Shown: piece after piece, positions 8,895 through 17,602 of the stretch
How the letters are laid out: each line of letters opens with the position of its first letter
Position numbering within the stretch: position 1 is the stretch's first letter
Assembly (NCBI GenBank): GCA_964388455.1
Contig: CAYMAN010000001.1
Coordinates: forward strand, 27,158 to 91,157
Direction: 5' to 3'
DNA from: an uncultured Eubacteriales bacterium
GTDB lineage: Bacteria; Actinomycetota; Coriobacteriia; Anaerosomatales; JAAXUF01
DNA: 64,000 nt
Program-made: the position numbers and the translations under genes
Notes under the pieces: generated by a model
What the model was told of the DNA's origin: nothing
What the model saw: the letters and a program-made list of their open reading frames with translations, nothing else
The model's database searches: none

Positions 8895-10948
8895 GCGACA
8901 CGTTCGCGCCGATCGCAGGGTTTGCGCCCGACGCGCACGCTGCCGTCACGGGCTCCCCCGCCCCGGACGCCACCCCCGACGCCATCGTCTTCCTGTGCGA
9001 CTGCGGCCCCATCATCCGCGACCTCATCGACCTCGACGCGCTCACCACCGAGGTCGCCGCACTCCCCGGCGTCGCCAAGGTCGAGCGCCACGTCACCCTC
9101 TGCTCGTCTGAGGGCAAGGCGTTCCTCGCCGCCAAGCTCGCCGAGAACCCCGACCTCCTACCGGTCGTGGCCGCGTGCACGCCGCGCGAGCATGCGCAGG
9201 ACTTCGCCGAGGCCTGCGAGACCGCGGGTCGCAACCCGTTCACCATGAGCCGCGCCAACATCCGCGAGCAGGTCGCGTGGGTCACCCCCGACCGCGCCGA
9301 GGCGACCGCCAAGGCGCTCGACATGATCGCGTCGGCGGCGGCCCGCGTGGGCGAGCAGCGACCGCTCGAGGCCCCCGAGCTCGAAGCCGAGACCAGCGTG
9401 CTAGTGGTCGGCTCCGGTGTGGCCGGCATGACCGCCGCGCTCCTGATCGCCGAGTCCGGCCGCCAGGTCACGCTGGTGGAGCGCGAAGCAGCCATCGGCG
9501 GCAAGGTGGTGCTCCTCTCGGAGATTTATCCGGACATGGAGTGCGCCCCGTGCCTGCTCGAACCGCTGATGGACGAGGTGCTGCATCACCCGGGCATCGA
9601 GGTCCTTACCTACTCGGAAGTCGATGAACTGCTGGGTTACCTGGGCAATTTCACGGCGGTCATCCGCAAGAAGTCGCGCCACGTGGACGCCGACGGCTGC
9701 TACGGCTGCATCGACACCTGTTCGGGTGTATGCCCGGTGGGCGTACCCGACGCGTTCAACGTCGGGATGACGCAGCGTCACGCGATCCACATCCCGTTCG
9801 CCGGCGCGCTGCCCAACGCGGCTGTTGTCGATGAAGCGTCGTGCCTGCACTTCAACGGTGGCTCCTGCGATGCGTGCGTCAGCGCGTGTCCCTTTGGCGT
9901 CATCGGTCTCGACGGCGGCGACGAAGTTCTCGAGCGCCGAGTGGGCGCGGTCATCCTCGCGACCGGCTCGCAGCTCAAGCTCGACCCCGGCAGCGTCTAC
10001 GACCACCCCCGCGTGATGACCACGTGGGAGTTCGAACGCGTTCTGAATCCCGACGGCCCCACCGGTGGCGAGATCCGCCTGGCCGACGGCTCGACCCCCA
10101 AACGCATCGCATTCCTCCACTGCGCCGATGAGACCGGGTGTGCTCCTGCAGCCACCTGCTCGCAGACGTGCTGCCTGGCGCTCGCGAAGCAGATCATCGA
10201 GACCTCACACAAGCTTCCCGACGCTCAGCTCGCCGAGCTCGCGTTCGACCGCCAGCTCGGCGGCCCGCACTACAACCGTCTTGCCGCTGCCGAGGACGCG
10301 CCGGCAAATCTGCGCACCGTGCGTATGGCGATCGGCGACAGTCTCGCCGTGACCGCCGGTGCGAACGGCCGCGTGATCGTTGGCGTCAACCTCAAGGGCG
10401 GTCAGCGCACTGGCGACTTCGACCTCGTGGTGATGGCGGCTCCGCACGTCGGGGACTCTGGCGGCGTAGCACTCGCGGGTCGCATCGGCGTCGACGTGGA
10501 TGCGACGGGCTACGTGCTCGCTTCAAGCAAGATCCTCCGCCCGTTCGCCAGCCGCACCGACGGCATCTTCGTTGCCGGCTCGGCGCAGGGCGAGAAGAAC
10601 ATCGCAGCGGCGTCCAACTCGGCCGCGGCTACAGCCGGCGCGGTTCTCTCGGCGCTGGTTCCCGGCAGGAAACTCATTCGCGAGGCCACGACAGCGGTCG
10701 TCAACGACGCCATCTGCGGCGGATGCCAAGTGTGTATACTCGCATGCCCCTACAAGGCGATCTCGTTCGACGTCGACCAGAAGCGCGCGGTCGTCAACGA
10801 ACTCCTGTGTCACGGGTGCGGCACCTGTGCCTCAGCCTGCCCGTCCTCGGCGATTACGGCCAAGCATTTCACTGATGGCCAGCTATTTGCTGAGATTCAC
10901 TCCCTCGTCACACCGAATCACCGCGTATCAGTCACCACCAACCTGTAA
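8891..10948 (+). CDS. hdrA: HdrA-like FAD/FeS oxidoreductase (heterodisulfide reductase subunit A family)
   Basis: ATGA overlap with mvhA. FAD fold VLVVGSGVAGMTAALLIAESG. Four Cys clusters (CYGCIDTCSGVCP, CLHFNGGSCDACVSACP, CGGCQVCILACP, CHGCGTCASACP). Cys-containing N-terminal domain. Confidence 0.85.
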   Translation: MSDTFAPIAGFAPDAHAAVTGSPAPDATPDAIVFLCDCGPIIRDLIDLDALTTEVAALPGVAKVERHVTLCSSEGKAFLAAKLAENPDLLPVVAACTPREHAQDFAEACETAGRNPFTMSRANIREQVAWVTPDRAEATAKALDMIASAAARVGEQRPLEAPELEAETSVLVVGSGVAGMTAALLIAESGRQVTLVEREAAIGGKVVLLSEIYPDMECAPCLLEPLMDEVLHHPGIEVLTYSEVDELLGYLGNFTAVIRKKSRHVDADGCYGCIDTCSGVCPVGVPDAFNVGMTQRHAIHIPFAGALPNAAVVDEASCLHFNGGSCDACVSACPFGVIGLDGGDEVLERRVGAVILATGSQLKLDPGSVYDHPRVMTTWEFERVLNPDGPTGGEIRLADGSTPKRIAFLHCADETGCAPAATCSQTCCLALAKQIIETSHKLPDAQLAELAFDRQLGGPHYNRLAAAEDAPANLRTVRMAIGDSLAVTAGANGRVIVGVNLKGGQRTGDFDLVVMAAPHVGDSGGVALAGRIGVDVDATGYVLASSKILRPFASRTDGIFVAGSAQGEKNIAAASNSAAATAGAVLSALVPGRKLIREATTAVVNDAICGGCQVCILACPYKAISFDVDQKRAVVNELLCHGCGTCASACPSSAITAKHFTDGQLFAEIHSLVTPNHRVSVTTNL

Positions 10949-10969
10949 TCACCGAGAAAGGGAACGACC

Positions 10970-11194
10970 ATGGCTACAACTCACACGATCGACGCCAAAG
11001 GACTGCGCTGCCCGCAGCCGATTCTGCAGGTCATTCTGAAGCTGCCACAGATTCACGACGGCGATCTGCTCGTGGTCTCCGCCGACTGCGAGAGCTTCGA
11101 GGACGACATCCGCAGGTGGTGCACGCGCATGGACAAGACACTGCTCGGTCTCAACACGAACGGCGCGGCCGTCACTGCGCAGATTCAGTTCTAG
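10970..11194 (+). CDS. tusA: TusA/SirA-family sulfur-carrier protein
   Basis: 74 aa with the family's Cys-Pro-x-Pro motif: IDAKGLRCPQPILQV. Confidence 0.8.
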   Translation: MATTHTIDAKGLRCPQPILQVILKLPQIHDGDLLVVSADCESFEDDIRRWCTRMDKTLLGLNTNGAAVTAQIQF

Positions 11195-11199
11195 ATTCC

Positions 11200-11658
11200 G
11201 TGACTCCCACGCTGATCCTCGGGCTCGGCAACGCGATCCTCTGCGATGACGGCGTCGGTATCAAAGTCGCACGCCGCATCGCCGAGCTCGGCCCTCATCC
11301 CGACATCGTCGTGAAGGAGGCCGAGCTCGCGGGCTTCGCGCTCATCGACCTGCTCGAGGGGTTCGAGCGCGCTGTCGTGGTCGACGCCGTCCGTCTGCGC
11401 GACGCTAAGCCGGGCGCGATCGTGATCTTCGACGGCGCGCAGCTCGAGCCATCGCTGCACCTGGTCGCCGGCCACCAGATCGACCTGCCGACCGCCCTGG
11501 CGATGGGTCGCCAGCTTGGGCGACCCGTGCCGAGCACGGTCTCGATAGTGGGCATACAGGTACAAGATGACCGCACGTTCTCGGAAAGCTGTACGCCCGA
11601 GGTCGAGGCGGCCATCGAGCGAGCCGCCCAGGTCGTACTGGAGGTAGCCACCACATGA
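11200..11658 (+). CDS. hydrogenase maturation endopeptidase (HyaD/HycI/FrhD family)
   Basis: GTG 11200 inside track ORF 11116..11658. LILGLGNAILCDDGVGIKVA and GHQIDLPTAL are typical of the family. Confidence 0.8.
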   Translation: MTPTLILGLGNAILCDDGVGIKVARRIAELGPHPDIVVKEAELAGFALIDLLEGFERAVVVDAVRLRDAKPGAIVIFDGAQLEPSLHLVAGHQIDLPTALAMGRQLGRPVPSTVSIVGIQVQDDRTFSESCTPEVEAAIERAAQVVLEVATT

Positions 11659-12530
11659 CCCAGCCCATGCGTCTGCCCGCAGGAGCGATTCACGTCGCCG
11701 GCGACACGTACTACATACCGGATCTCACCAACTCCGGCTTCATCGAGGGACTCGTCATCGATACCGGCCCCGAGTCGAGCGTCTACGACGGCTGCATCAT
11801 CGACCGCCTCGCCATCACCCACGGCCACGCCGATCACTTCTCGGCGGCGTCGGTACTTCGCGAGAACGGCGCGACGGTGGTGGCTGCGCGCGACGACGCG
11901 ATGATGGTCGAGAATCCCGACATCAACATCCGCGGCATGTTCTCGTGGGCGCGCCCGGGCGACATCCTCGTGGGCAAGCTGTTCAAGGGCACGCCGTGCA
12001 AGGTCGACGCGCTCGTCGAGGACTGGCGTGACCGCCGAGCGACCCCGATTCCACTGCCCGGCCACACCATGGGCCATACCGGCTTCCTCACGCGCGACGG
12101 CGTACTGTTCACCGGCGACGCGCTCTACCTCGAGTCTCTGTGGGCGCGCCATCCGCTGCCCTACGCCATCGACCCTGACATGGTCGCCGACTCACTGCGC
12201 TCCCTTCGCGACCTCGAGTTCGACTGGCTGGTGCCGGCACACGGCGATCTTGTGGACCGCGATACTGCGCTCGCCAACATCGAACACCATCTCGAGCAGA
12301 TCGAGGATCTCGAGGCGCACCTGCTCGAAGTGCTCGAAACACCGCACACCACCGAGGAGATCATCGCGATCGTCATGGCCGAGCGGGGTCTCTCGGACAA
12401 CCCGGCGCAGTACTGGCTGGCTGTCACCACGGTGAAGGGGTACCTCGGCGACCTGCTGGGCCGTAGGCTGCTGGAGTTCTTCGTGCGCGATCACTGCGGC
12501 GTCTGGGCAACCGCCAACGCTGCCGAGTAG
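11655..12530 (+). CDS. MBL-fold metallo-hydrolase
   Basis: ATGA overlap with the protease gene. HxHxDH motif ITHGHADHF, plus later PGHTMGH and PAHG ligand-like motifs. Confidence 0.8.
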   Translation: MTQPMRLPAGAIHVAGDTYYIPDLTNSGFIEGLVIDTGPESSVYDGCIIDRLAITHGHADHFSAASVLRENGATVVAARDDAMMVENPDINIRGMFSWARPGDILVGKLFKGTPCKVDALVEDWRDRRATPIPLPGHTMGHTGFLTRDGVLFTGDALYLESLWARHPLPYAIDPDMVADSLRSLRDLEFDWLVPAHGDLVDRDTALANIEHHLEQIEDLEAHLLEVLETPHTTEEIIAIVMAERGLSDNPAQYWLAVTTVKGYLGDLLGRRLLEFFVRDHCGVWATANAAE

Positions 12531-12581
12531 CGGCGCGCGGTCGCACACCTGGTCGCTCCCCGCTACACTTCGTTGTGGTTC

Positions 12582-12610
12582 GCGCCCGCTTCCTCAGATT
12601 GAGCGGGCGC
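12582..12610 (+). terminator. hairpin downstream of the hydrogenase operon / in the leader of the lyase gene
   Basis: GCGCCCGCT-N11-AGCGGGCGC, a perfect 9-bp stem, 52 nt after the stop at 12530. No T-run, so its role (terminator or leader structure) is uncertain. Confidence 0.35.
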
Positions 12611-12632
12611 ACACACGACGCCGGGAGGCGCC

Positions 12633-14012
12633 ATGTTCAAGACGATCATCGAACCGTTTCGCATCAAGTCCGTCGAGCAGATCAAGATGACCACACCCGA
12701 GCAACGCCGCCAGATGATGGCGGAAGCGGGCTACAACATCTTCGCGCTGCGCTCCGAGGACGTGATCATCGACCTGCTGACCGACTCCGGCACAGGCGCG
12801 ATGAGCTCCAACCAGTGGGCCGGCATCATGCGCGGCGACGAGTCGTACGCCGGAAGCCCCAGCTACTTCCGCTTCCGCGATGCCGTGCACGACGTGATGG
12901 GCTTCGAGCACATCATTCCCACGCACCAGGGACGCGCCGCCGAGCGCATCCTCTTCGCCGTCATGTGCAAGCCGGGCGACGTGGTCCCCAACAACAGTCA
13001 CTTCGACACCACGCGCGCCAACTGCGAGTTCACCGGCGCCACCGCGCTCGACCTGCCTTCGCCGGAACTCGCCGACATGGCGTCGGACTATCCGTTCAAG
13101 GGCGACATGGACATCGACCGCCTCAAGGCGACCTTCGCCGAGTTCGGTGCCGAGCGAATTCCGCTGGTCATGCTCACCGTGACCAATAACTCGGGTGGCG
13201 GCCAGCCGGTCTCGATGGCCAACGCGCGTGCCGTCGCCGAGGTCTGCCGCGCCAACAACACGCCGCTCTACCTCGACGCCTGCCGCATCACCGAGAATGC
13301 GTACCTCATCAAGCAGCGCGAGCCGGAGTTCGCCAACACCAGCGTCAAGGAGATCGTCCGCGAGATGTGCGCACTCGCCGAGGGCTGCACCATGAGCGCC
13401 AAGAAGGACGCCATCGTCAACATCGGCGGCTTCCTCGCCACCCGCGATGCGGAAATCGCGCGCGAGCAGAAGGACCTGCTCATCCTCACCGAGGGCTTCC
13501 CGACCTACGGCGGCCTGTCTGGTCGTGACCTCGAAGCCATCGCCGTGGGCATGGAGGAGGCCGTCGACGAGGACTACCTCCACTACCGCATCGCCTCGAC
13601 GCGCTACATCGGCGAGCACCTCAAGGCCGCCGGCATCCCGATCCTCTGGCCGCCAGGTGGCCACGCGATCTACGTCGACGCAGTCCACTTCGCGCCGCAT
13701 CTGGCGCCGACAGACTTCCCCGGCGTCTCGATCGCCATCGCGATGTACCTGCACGGCGGCGTTCGCGCCTGTGAGATCGGCACCCTGATGTTCGGTCACC
13801 GCGACGCCGAGACGGGCGAAGAAGTCGCCGGTCCTCGCGAGCTGGTGCGTCTCGCCATCCCGCGCCGCACCTACACCCAGAGCCACATGGACTACGTCAT
13901 CGAGGTCATGGTGAAGGTCTACGCCGAGAGGGACTCGCTTCCCGCCTACCGCATCGTCGAGCAGGCCCCGTTCCTGCGCCACTTCTCGGCGAAGCTGGAG
14001 CCGGTGGAGTAG
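12633..14012 (+). CDS. beta-eliminating PLP lyase, tryptophanase / tyrosine phenol-lyase family
   Basis: 459 aa. EPFRIKSVE, IDLLTDSGTGAMS, PTHQGRAAE, PLP-Lys region SAKKDAIVNIGG, RLAIPRRTYTQSHMDY, LRHFSAKLE. Trp versus Tyr specificity not resolved. Confidence 0.9.
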   Translation: MFKTIIEPFRIKSVEQIKMTTPEQRRQMMAEAGYNIFALRSEDVIIDLLTDSGTGAMSSNQWAGIMRGDESYAGSPSYFRFRDAVHDVMGFEHIIPTHQGRAAERILFAVMCKPGDVVPNNSHFDTTRANCEFTGATALDLPSPELADMASDYPFKGDMDIDRLKATFAEFGAERIPLVMLTVTNNSGGGQPVSMANARAVAEVCRANNTPLYLDACRITENAYLIKQREPEFANTSVKEIVREMCALAEGCTMSAKKDAIVNIGGFLATRDAEIAREQKDLLILTEGFPTYGGLSGRDLEAIAVGMEEAVDEDYLHYRIASTRYIGEHLKAAGIPILWPPGGHAIYVDAVHFAPHLAPTDFPGVSIAIAMYLHGGVRACEIGTLMFGHRDAETGEEVAGPRELVRLAIPRRTYTQSHMDYVIEVMVKVYAERDSLPAYRIVEQAPFLRHFSAKLEPVE

Positions 14013-14036
14013 CGTCACGCGACCCGCAAGCGCACC

Positions 14037-14070
14037 GAGGCCCGGCAGCTGAATCGAGCTGCCGGGCCTC
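14037..14070. terminator. strong hairpin between convergent genes
   Basis: GAGGCCCGGCAGC-TGAATCGA-GCTGCCGGGCCTC, a perfect 13-bp stem between the stops at 14012 (+) and 14118 (-). Confidence 0.6.
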
Positions 14071-14117
14071 GCGCTGTGTGCAGCCGCTGCGGCGGCGCTG
14101 AATTGCGGCGATTCGCG

Positions 14118-14873
14118 CTACGGAACCTGCTCGACCACGACCTCGCCGACACCGCGCGTCAGCCTGATCTCGAGCTTGGGGCCAGACTTCGAGTACGCCG
14201 CGTTCACCAGGTCGCGTCCATCCTCGGTGAAGCCTGGACTCTCGAAATCGCCCACACCGTCCTCAGCGCCGATGATTCGCACGCCCATGTCGCTCGGCAC
14301 TCGGATTCGCATCTCGCCGACACCACATTCGATGGTCGCGTTGACGTCGCCGGTCCGCTCGCCCGACAAGTCGATCTTCGCCGAGCCCACGCCGGTGAGC
14401 ACCTCGAGTTCACGTACATCCACGTCGCGCAGGTCGATCGTGCTCTCGCCGACGCCCAGCTTCAGGGAGAGCTCGGTGGCGACGCCCGACGGGAGCTTCA
14501 TCGTCCAGCGGTTGCGTACGTCGTTACTCAGCCTCATCGGCTCCGACTCGGGCTGGTCCACCCAGTACTGAGCCCTGGTGCCGTCGGTCTCGAACTTGAC
14601 CTCGGGCTTCCAGCTGACCGGTGCGTACTCGAACCGGCTCGTGATCGTGTCGCTGTCCTCAGCGCTCCCGGTGAGGGTGAGCTCGCCTACACCCATGCGG
14701 AGCGTGCCAACGAGCATCTCGGCGCCCTCAAGTTCATGCGATGGCTTGTCCACAGTGACCGCGGTCGGTTCTCCGCCAATGGTCTCCGACAGCGGTACGC
14801 GCGTACATCCGGTCGCCGCGAGCAGCCCGAAGAGCGCCACTCCCACAGCGATGATCGCGATTGCTCTCTTCAT
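14118..14873 (-). CDS. lipoprotein with toastrack-like (DUF2154/DUF4097-type) beta-rich domain
   Basis: Track ORF 14118..15047 trimmed to ATG 14873 (MKRAIAIIAVGVALFGLLAATGC, a lipobox). Repetitive GVGE..I.L strands (LRMGVGELTL, LKLGVGESTIDL, LTGVGSAKIDL, IECGVGEMRIRV). ATGA-coupled to the upstream gene. Confidence 0.6.
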   Translation of the reverse strand: MKRAIAIIAVGVALFGLLAATGCTRVPLSETIGGEPTAVTVDKPSHELEGAEMLVGTLRMGVGELTLTGSAEDSDTITSRFEYAPVSWKPEVKFETDGTRAQYWVDQPESEPMRLSNDVRNRWTMKLPSGVATELSLKLGVGESTIDLRDVDVRELEVLTGVGSAKIDLSGERTGDVNATIECGVGEMRIRVPSDMGVRIIGAEDGVGDFESPGFTEDGRDLVNAAYSKSGPKLEIRLTRGVGEVVVEQVP

Positions 14874-15814
14874 CACAGCTCCCCTCCAGCCGAGACAGTC
14901 GTCCCGGTCGTGGTCGGCGCGCCCTCGAAGCGGCCGACCAGCATCGTCTTGGCCCACATTCCGTGCACGAACCCGACGCCCTTGGCGAGCCACAGCGTCA
15001 CGAACACGCCGAGCACCCCGACCGCCATGACCAGCGGCATCGCCCACGGCTGAATCAGATAGCCGTAGTTGAGGCCACGAATCACGGCCTCACCGGCCGC
15101 CATCTGCACGAGCGGCAGCATGAAGACAGCCACCGACACGGCCAGCGCCGTGACCACGGTTGTGAAGTAGATGATGCCCAACGGCATCTGCAGCACCATG
15201 TAGAGCATCGTCGTCCACGAGCGGTAGTCCGTCAGCCAGCTCTTGATGCGCTCCCACAGGCTTCCCTGCACACCCACCATGCGCGGCCGCCTAGGCATAC
15301 GTTCGCCGAGGAGACCCTCGACCATGCGGCCCTCGGCCAGCGAAATGGCGCGCACCACGGCCAAGAACAACAACGCGAACGGCACGCCGACGATAAGGAT
15401 CGCGAGGCCGAAGCTGAGCGACAGACCGGTCACCACGATCGTGAAGTACATGATTCCGGTCGCCAGCGTGAGCAGCATGTAGAACAGCGCGCCCCACGCC
15501 GACGGATCCAGGATGATGCCAAAGAAGCGACCGATCGGGCTCGCGCCCAGCTTCGACTTCGATGCCGGCGCAGGCGGCTTGCGCAGCGCGGCGGCGACCG
15601 TCAGCTCGGCGTCGCGGTAGGCGGCCGCGACCTCCTCGGGCGTGCCATAGGACTCGAGTGCGGCCTCAAGTGCCTCGGGCGAGCCGTCACCCTCGGCGAC
15701 CGCCGTGCGCAGATACTCCTCGGCATCGTAGACGGCGTCCTGGATGAGCGCCGGGTCGGATCCCGCGAGTACCTTTCTGAGTTCAGCGAGGTATCCCTCG
15801 ACCGTGTTATTCAA
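14873..15814 (-). CDS. PadR-associated membrane signalling protein (DUF1700-like N-terminal helix domain plus duplicated 2-TM sensor-type module)
   Basis: TTG 15814 with GGAGGGG 5 nt upstream, overlapping the padR stop. LNNTVEGYLAELRKVLAGSDPALIQDAVYDAEEYLR, then two similar hydrophobic blocks (GALFYMLLTLATGIMYFTIVVTGL / TTMLYMVLQMPLGIIYFTTVVTAL). Confidence 0.55.
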   Translation of the reverse strand: MNNTVEGYLAELRKVLAGSDPALIQDAVYDAEEYLRTAVAEGDGSPEALEAALESYGTPEEVAAAYRDAELTVAAALRKPPAPASKSKLGASPIGRFFGIILDPSAWGALFYMLLTLATGIMYFTIVVTGLSLSFGLAILIVGVPFALLFLAVVRAISLAEGRMVEGLLGERMPRRPRMVGVQGSLWERIKSWLTDYRSWTTMLYMVLQMPLGIIYFTTVVTALAVSVAVFMLPLVQMAAGEAVIRGLNYGYLIQPWAMPLVMAVGVLGVFVTLWLAKGVGFVHGMWAKTMLVGRFEGAPTTTGTTVSAGGEL

Positions 15815-16175
15815 CGTTCCCCTCCAGTGTCGCGTCGACGAAGCCGCGAGTCCGCGTCCACGCCGCCTTCCAGTCGCCCAGCACGTAACGTCCGCGCTCG
15901 GTGATCGAGTAGTACTTCCGAGGCGGGCCCGAGACACTCGGCTCGACTCGGCTTTCCAACATGCCGTTCTCTTCCATCGAGCGGAGAACCGGATAGAGCG
16001 TTCCCTGCTTGACGGGTACTCCCTCGCCCCAGGCACCCTCGATGCTCTTCGCGATCTGGTAGCCGTAGAGCGGCTCCGATGATCGGTCGAGAATCGCGAG
16101 CAGGACGAGCGAGACCGTGCCCGCGTTGAGTTCCTTCTGGAACTTGCGAAGCATGATTTCGTCTGCGGGTGTCAC
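15807..16175 (-). CDS. PadR-family transcriptional regulator
   Basis: 122 aa. GTG start with GGGGAGGTGA upstream. Winged-helix signature LYGYQIAKSIE...GTLYPVLRSMEENGMLES...KYYSITERG. Confidence 0.9.
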   Translation of the reverse strand: MTPADEIMLRKFQKELNAGTVSLVLLAILDRSSEPLYGYQIAKSIEGAWGEGVPVKQGTLYPVLRSMEENGMLESRVEPSVSGPPRKYYSITERGRYVLGDWKAAWTRTRGFVDATLEGNVE

Positions 16176-16218
16176 GGCTCACCTCCCCTTCTGTCGACGC
16201 GGTGCTATTAACACCGCA

Positions 16219-16272
16219 GTAGTACTAACTTCACACTAGCCAATTCACAGACTACTACGAAGTTCGCACTAG
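16219..16272. promoter_or_regulatory. two imperfect ~22-bp direct repeats in the padR/rbr divergent intergenic region (candidate operator)
   Basis: GTAGTACTAACTTCACACTAG (16219..16239) and ACTACTACGAAGTTCGCACTAG (16251..16272) share TA.TAC.AA.TTC.CACTAG. The region is locally AT-richer than its surroundings. Confidence 0.35.
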
Positions 16273-16368
16273 TCAAGGAAATTCTTTCTGGAGTTTCGCT
16301 CGGCGTTCGAACGGATACCATTACCAGTGAGAAACCTCGACCCCTGACACCACGAAAGGAGTCTCTTA

Positions 16369-16944
16369 ATGCCGAGCATCAAAGGCACCGAGACCGAGAA
16401 GAATCTACTGAAGGCCTTCGCCGGCGAAAGCCAGGCGCGCAACCGCTACACGTATGCTGCGAGCGTCGCCAAGAAGGAAGGTTTCGAGCAGATAAGCGCT
16501 CTGTTCACCGAGACAGCCGACAACGAGAAGGAGCACGCCAAGGTCTTCTTCAAGTACCTCGAGGGCGGGCCCGTCGAGATCACGGCGACCTATCCCGCAG
16601 GCAAACTCGGCACCACCGCCGAGAACCTTCTCGCCGCCGCCGACGGTGAGCTCGAGGAGTGGAGCGAGCTCTACCCGACGTTCGCCGAGGTCGCCGAGTC
16701 CGAGGGCTTTGCCGACGTCGCGGCGTCGTTCCGAAACATCGCGAAGGTCGAGGCTCATCACGAGGCTCGCTACCGCGCGCTGTTGGAGAACGTCAACGGC
16801 TACAAGGTCTTCAAGAAGGACGGCGTCTTCTTCTGGAAGTGCCGCAACTGCGGCTACGTCCACGAGGGCGCCGAGGCTCCGGACCTGTGTCCGGCCTGCA
16901 AGCACCCGCAGTCCTACTTCGAACTCCTCGGCGACAACTTCTAG
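16369..16944 (+). CDS. rbr: rubrerythrin
   Basis: 191 aa. Di-iron ferritin-like domain (GESQARNRYTYAA, EKEHAKVF, EAHHEARY) plus a C-terminal rubredoxin-type CRNCGY...CPACKHP. AGGAG SD. Confidence 0.95.
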   Translation: MPSIKGTETEKNLLKAFAGESQARNRYTYAASVAKKEGFEQISALFTETADNEKEHAKVFFKYLEGGPVEITATYPAGKLGTTAENLLAAADGELEEWSELYPTFAEVAESEGFADVAASFRNIAKVEAHHEARYRALLENVNGYKVFKKDGVFFWKCRNCGYVHEGAEAPDLCPACKHPQSYFELLGDNF

Positions 16945-16966
16945 GCGATCGGTGGCGTAGCCGCTT

Positions 16967-17602
16967 CTAGAGGCTCGCCGTCTCCGGTGTCTCTGCCGGT
17001 CCGTTGTCGAGCGATGCCCACAGGTATCGCGAGGCAGCGGATCGGTAGGGGCTCCACCGCTTACCGGCCTCCGCAAGCTCCTCCCGCGTCGCAGGCCTTT
17101 CGAGCTCAAGCAACCATCCGGCCGCGCGGCGCAGACCAAGGTCGTCGACGGCAAGAACGTCAGGTCTGCCCAGGGCGAAGATCAGGTACATCTCGGCGGT
17201 CCAGCGACCTATGCCCTTCACTGCGGTCAGCGCCTCGATGACTGACTCGTCGTCGAGTTCGTCGACGGCGCTCAGGTCCAGCCGGCCATCGACGACATGC
17301 AGTGACAGATCGCGCACGTAACGAGTCTTCGCACCGGAGAGTCCCACAGCACGCAACTCTTCCTCGGCGTGACCGAGAATGGCCTCCGGCGTCACGGGGC
17401 CGAGTGCCTCGAAACGGCGCCAGATTGTGTCTGCCGCTTTCACCGAGAGCTGCTGGCTGACGATGGATGCGGCCAGCTCGGCGAAGCGATCCTCGGCCAC
17501 GTGCTCGCGCAGCGGACCGACCGCGTCGATGATTCCGGCGAATGCCGGGTCGAGCTCACGGAGCGCGGTTGCTGCTCGGTAGAGGTTCGTCGGCTCAGTC
17601 AC
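16967..17602 (-). CDS. HhH-GPD DNA glycosylase (AlkA / 3-methyladenine glycosylase II-like)
   Basis: GTG 17602 overlaps the upstream stop (GTGACTGA). LTAVKGIGRWTAEMYLIFALGRPDVLAVDDLGLRR is the HhH-GPD hallmark with a catalytic Asp. Confidence 0.75.
   Translation of the reverse strand: MTEPTNLYRAATALRELDPAFAGIIDAVGPLREHVAEDRFAELAASIVSQQLSVKAADTIWRRFEALGPVTPEAILGHAEEELRAVGLSGAKTRYVRDLSLHVVDGRLDLSAVDELDDESVIEALTAVKGIGRWTAEMYLIFALGRPDVLAVDDLGLRRAAGWLLELERPATREELAEAGKRWSPYRSAASRYLWASLDNGPAETPETASL

Noticed and set aside
12594-14018. 474-aa minus-strand ORF covering the whole lyase gene
   Set aside because: It runs antisense to a gene with unmistakable tryptophanase/TPL-family sequence. Its translation is Arg/Gly/Asp/Ala/Val-rich low-information sequence, typical of open antisense frames in high-GC DNA.
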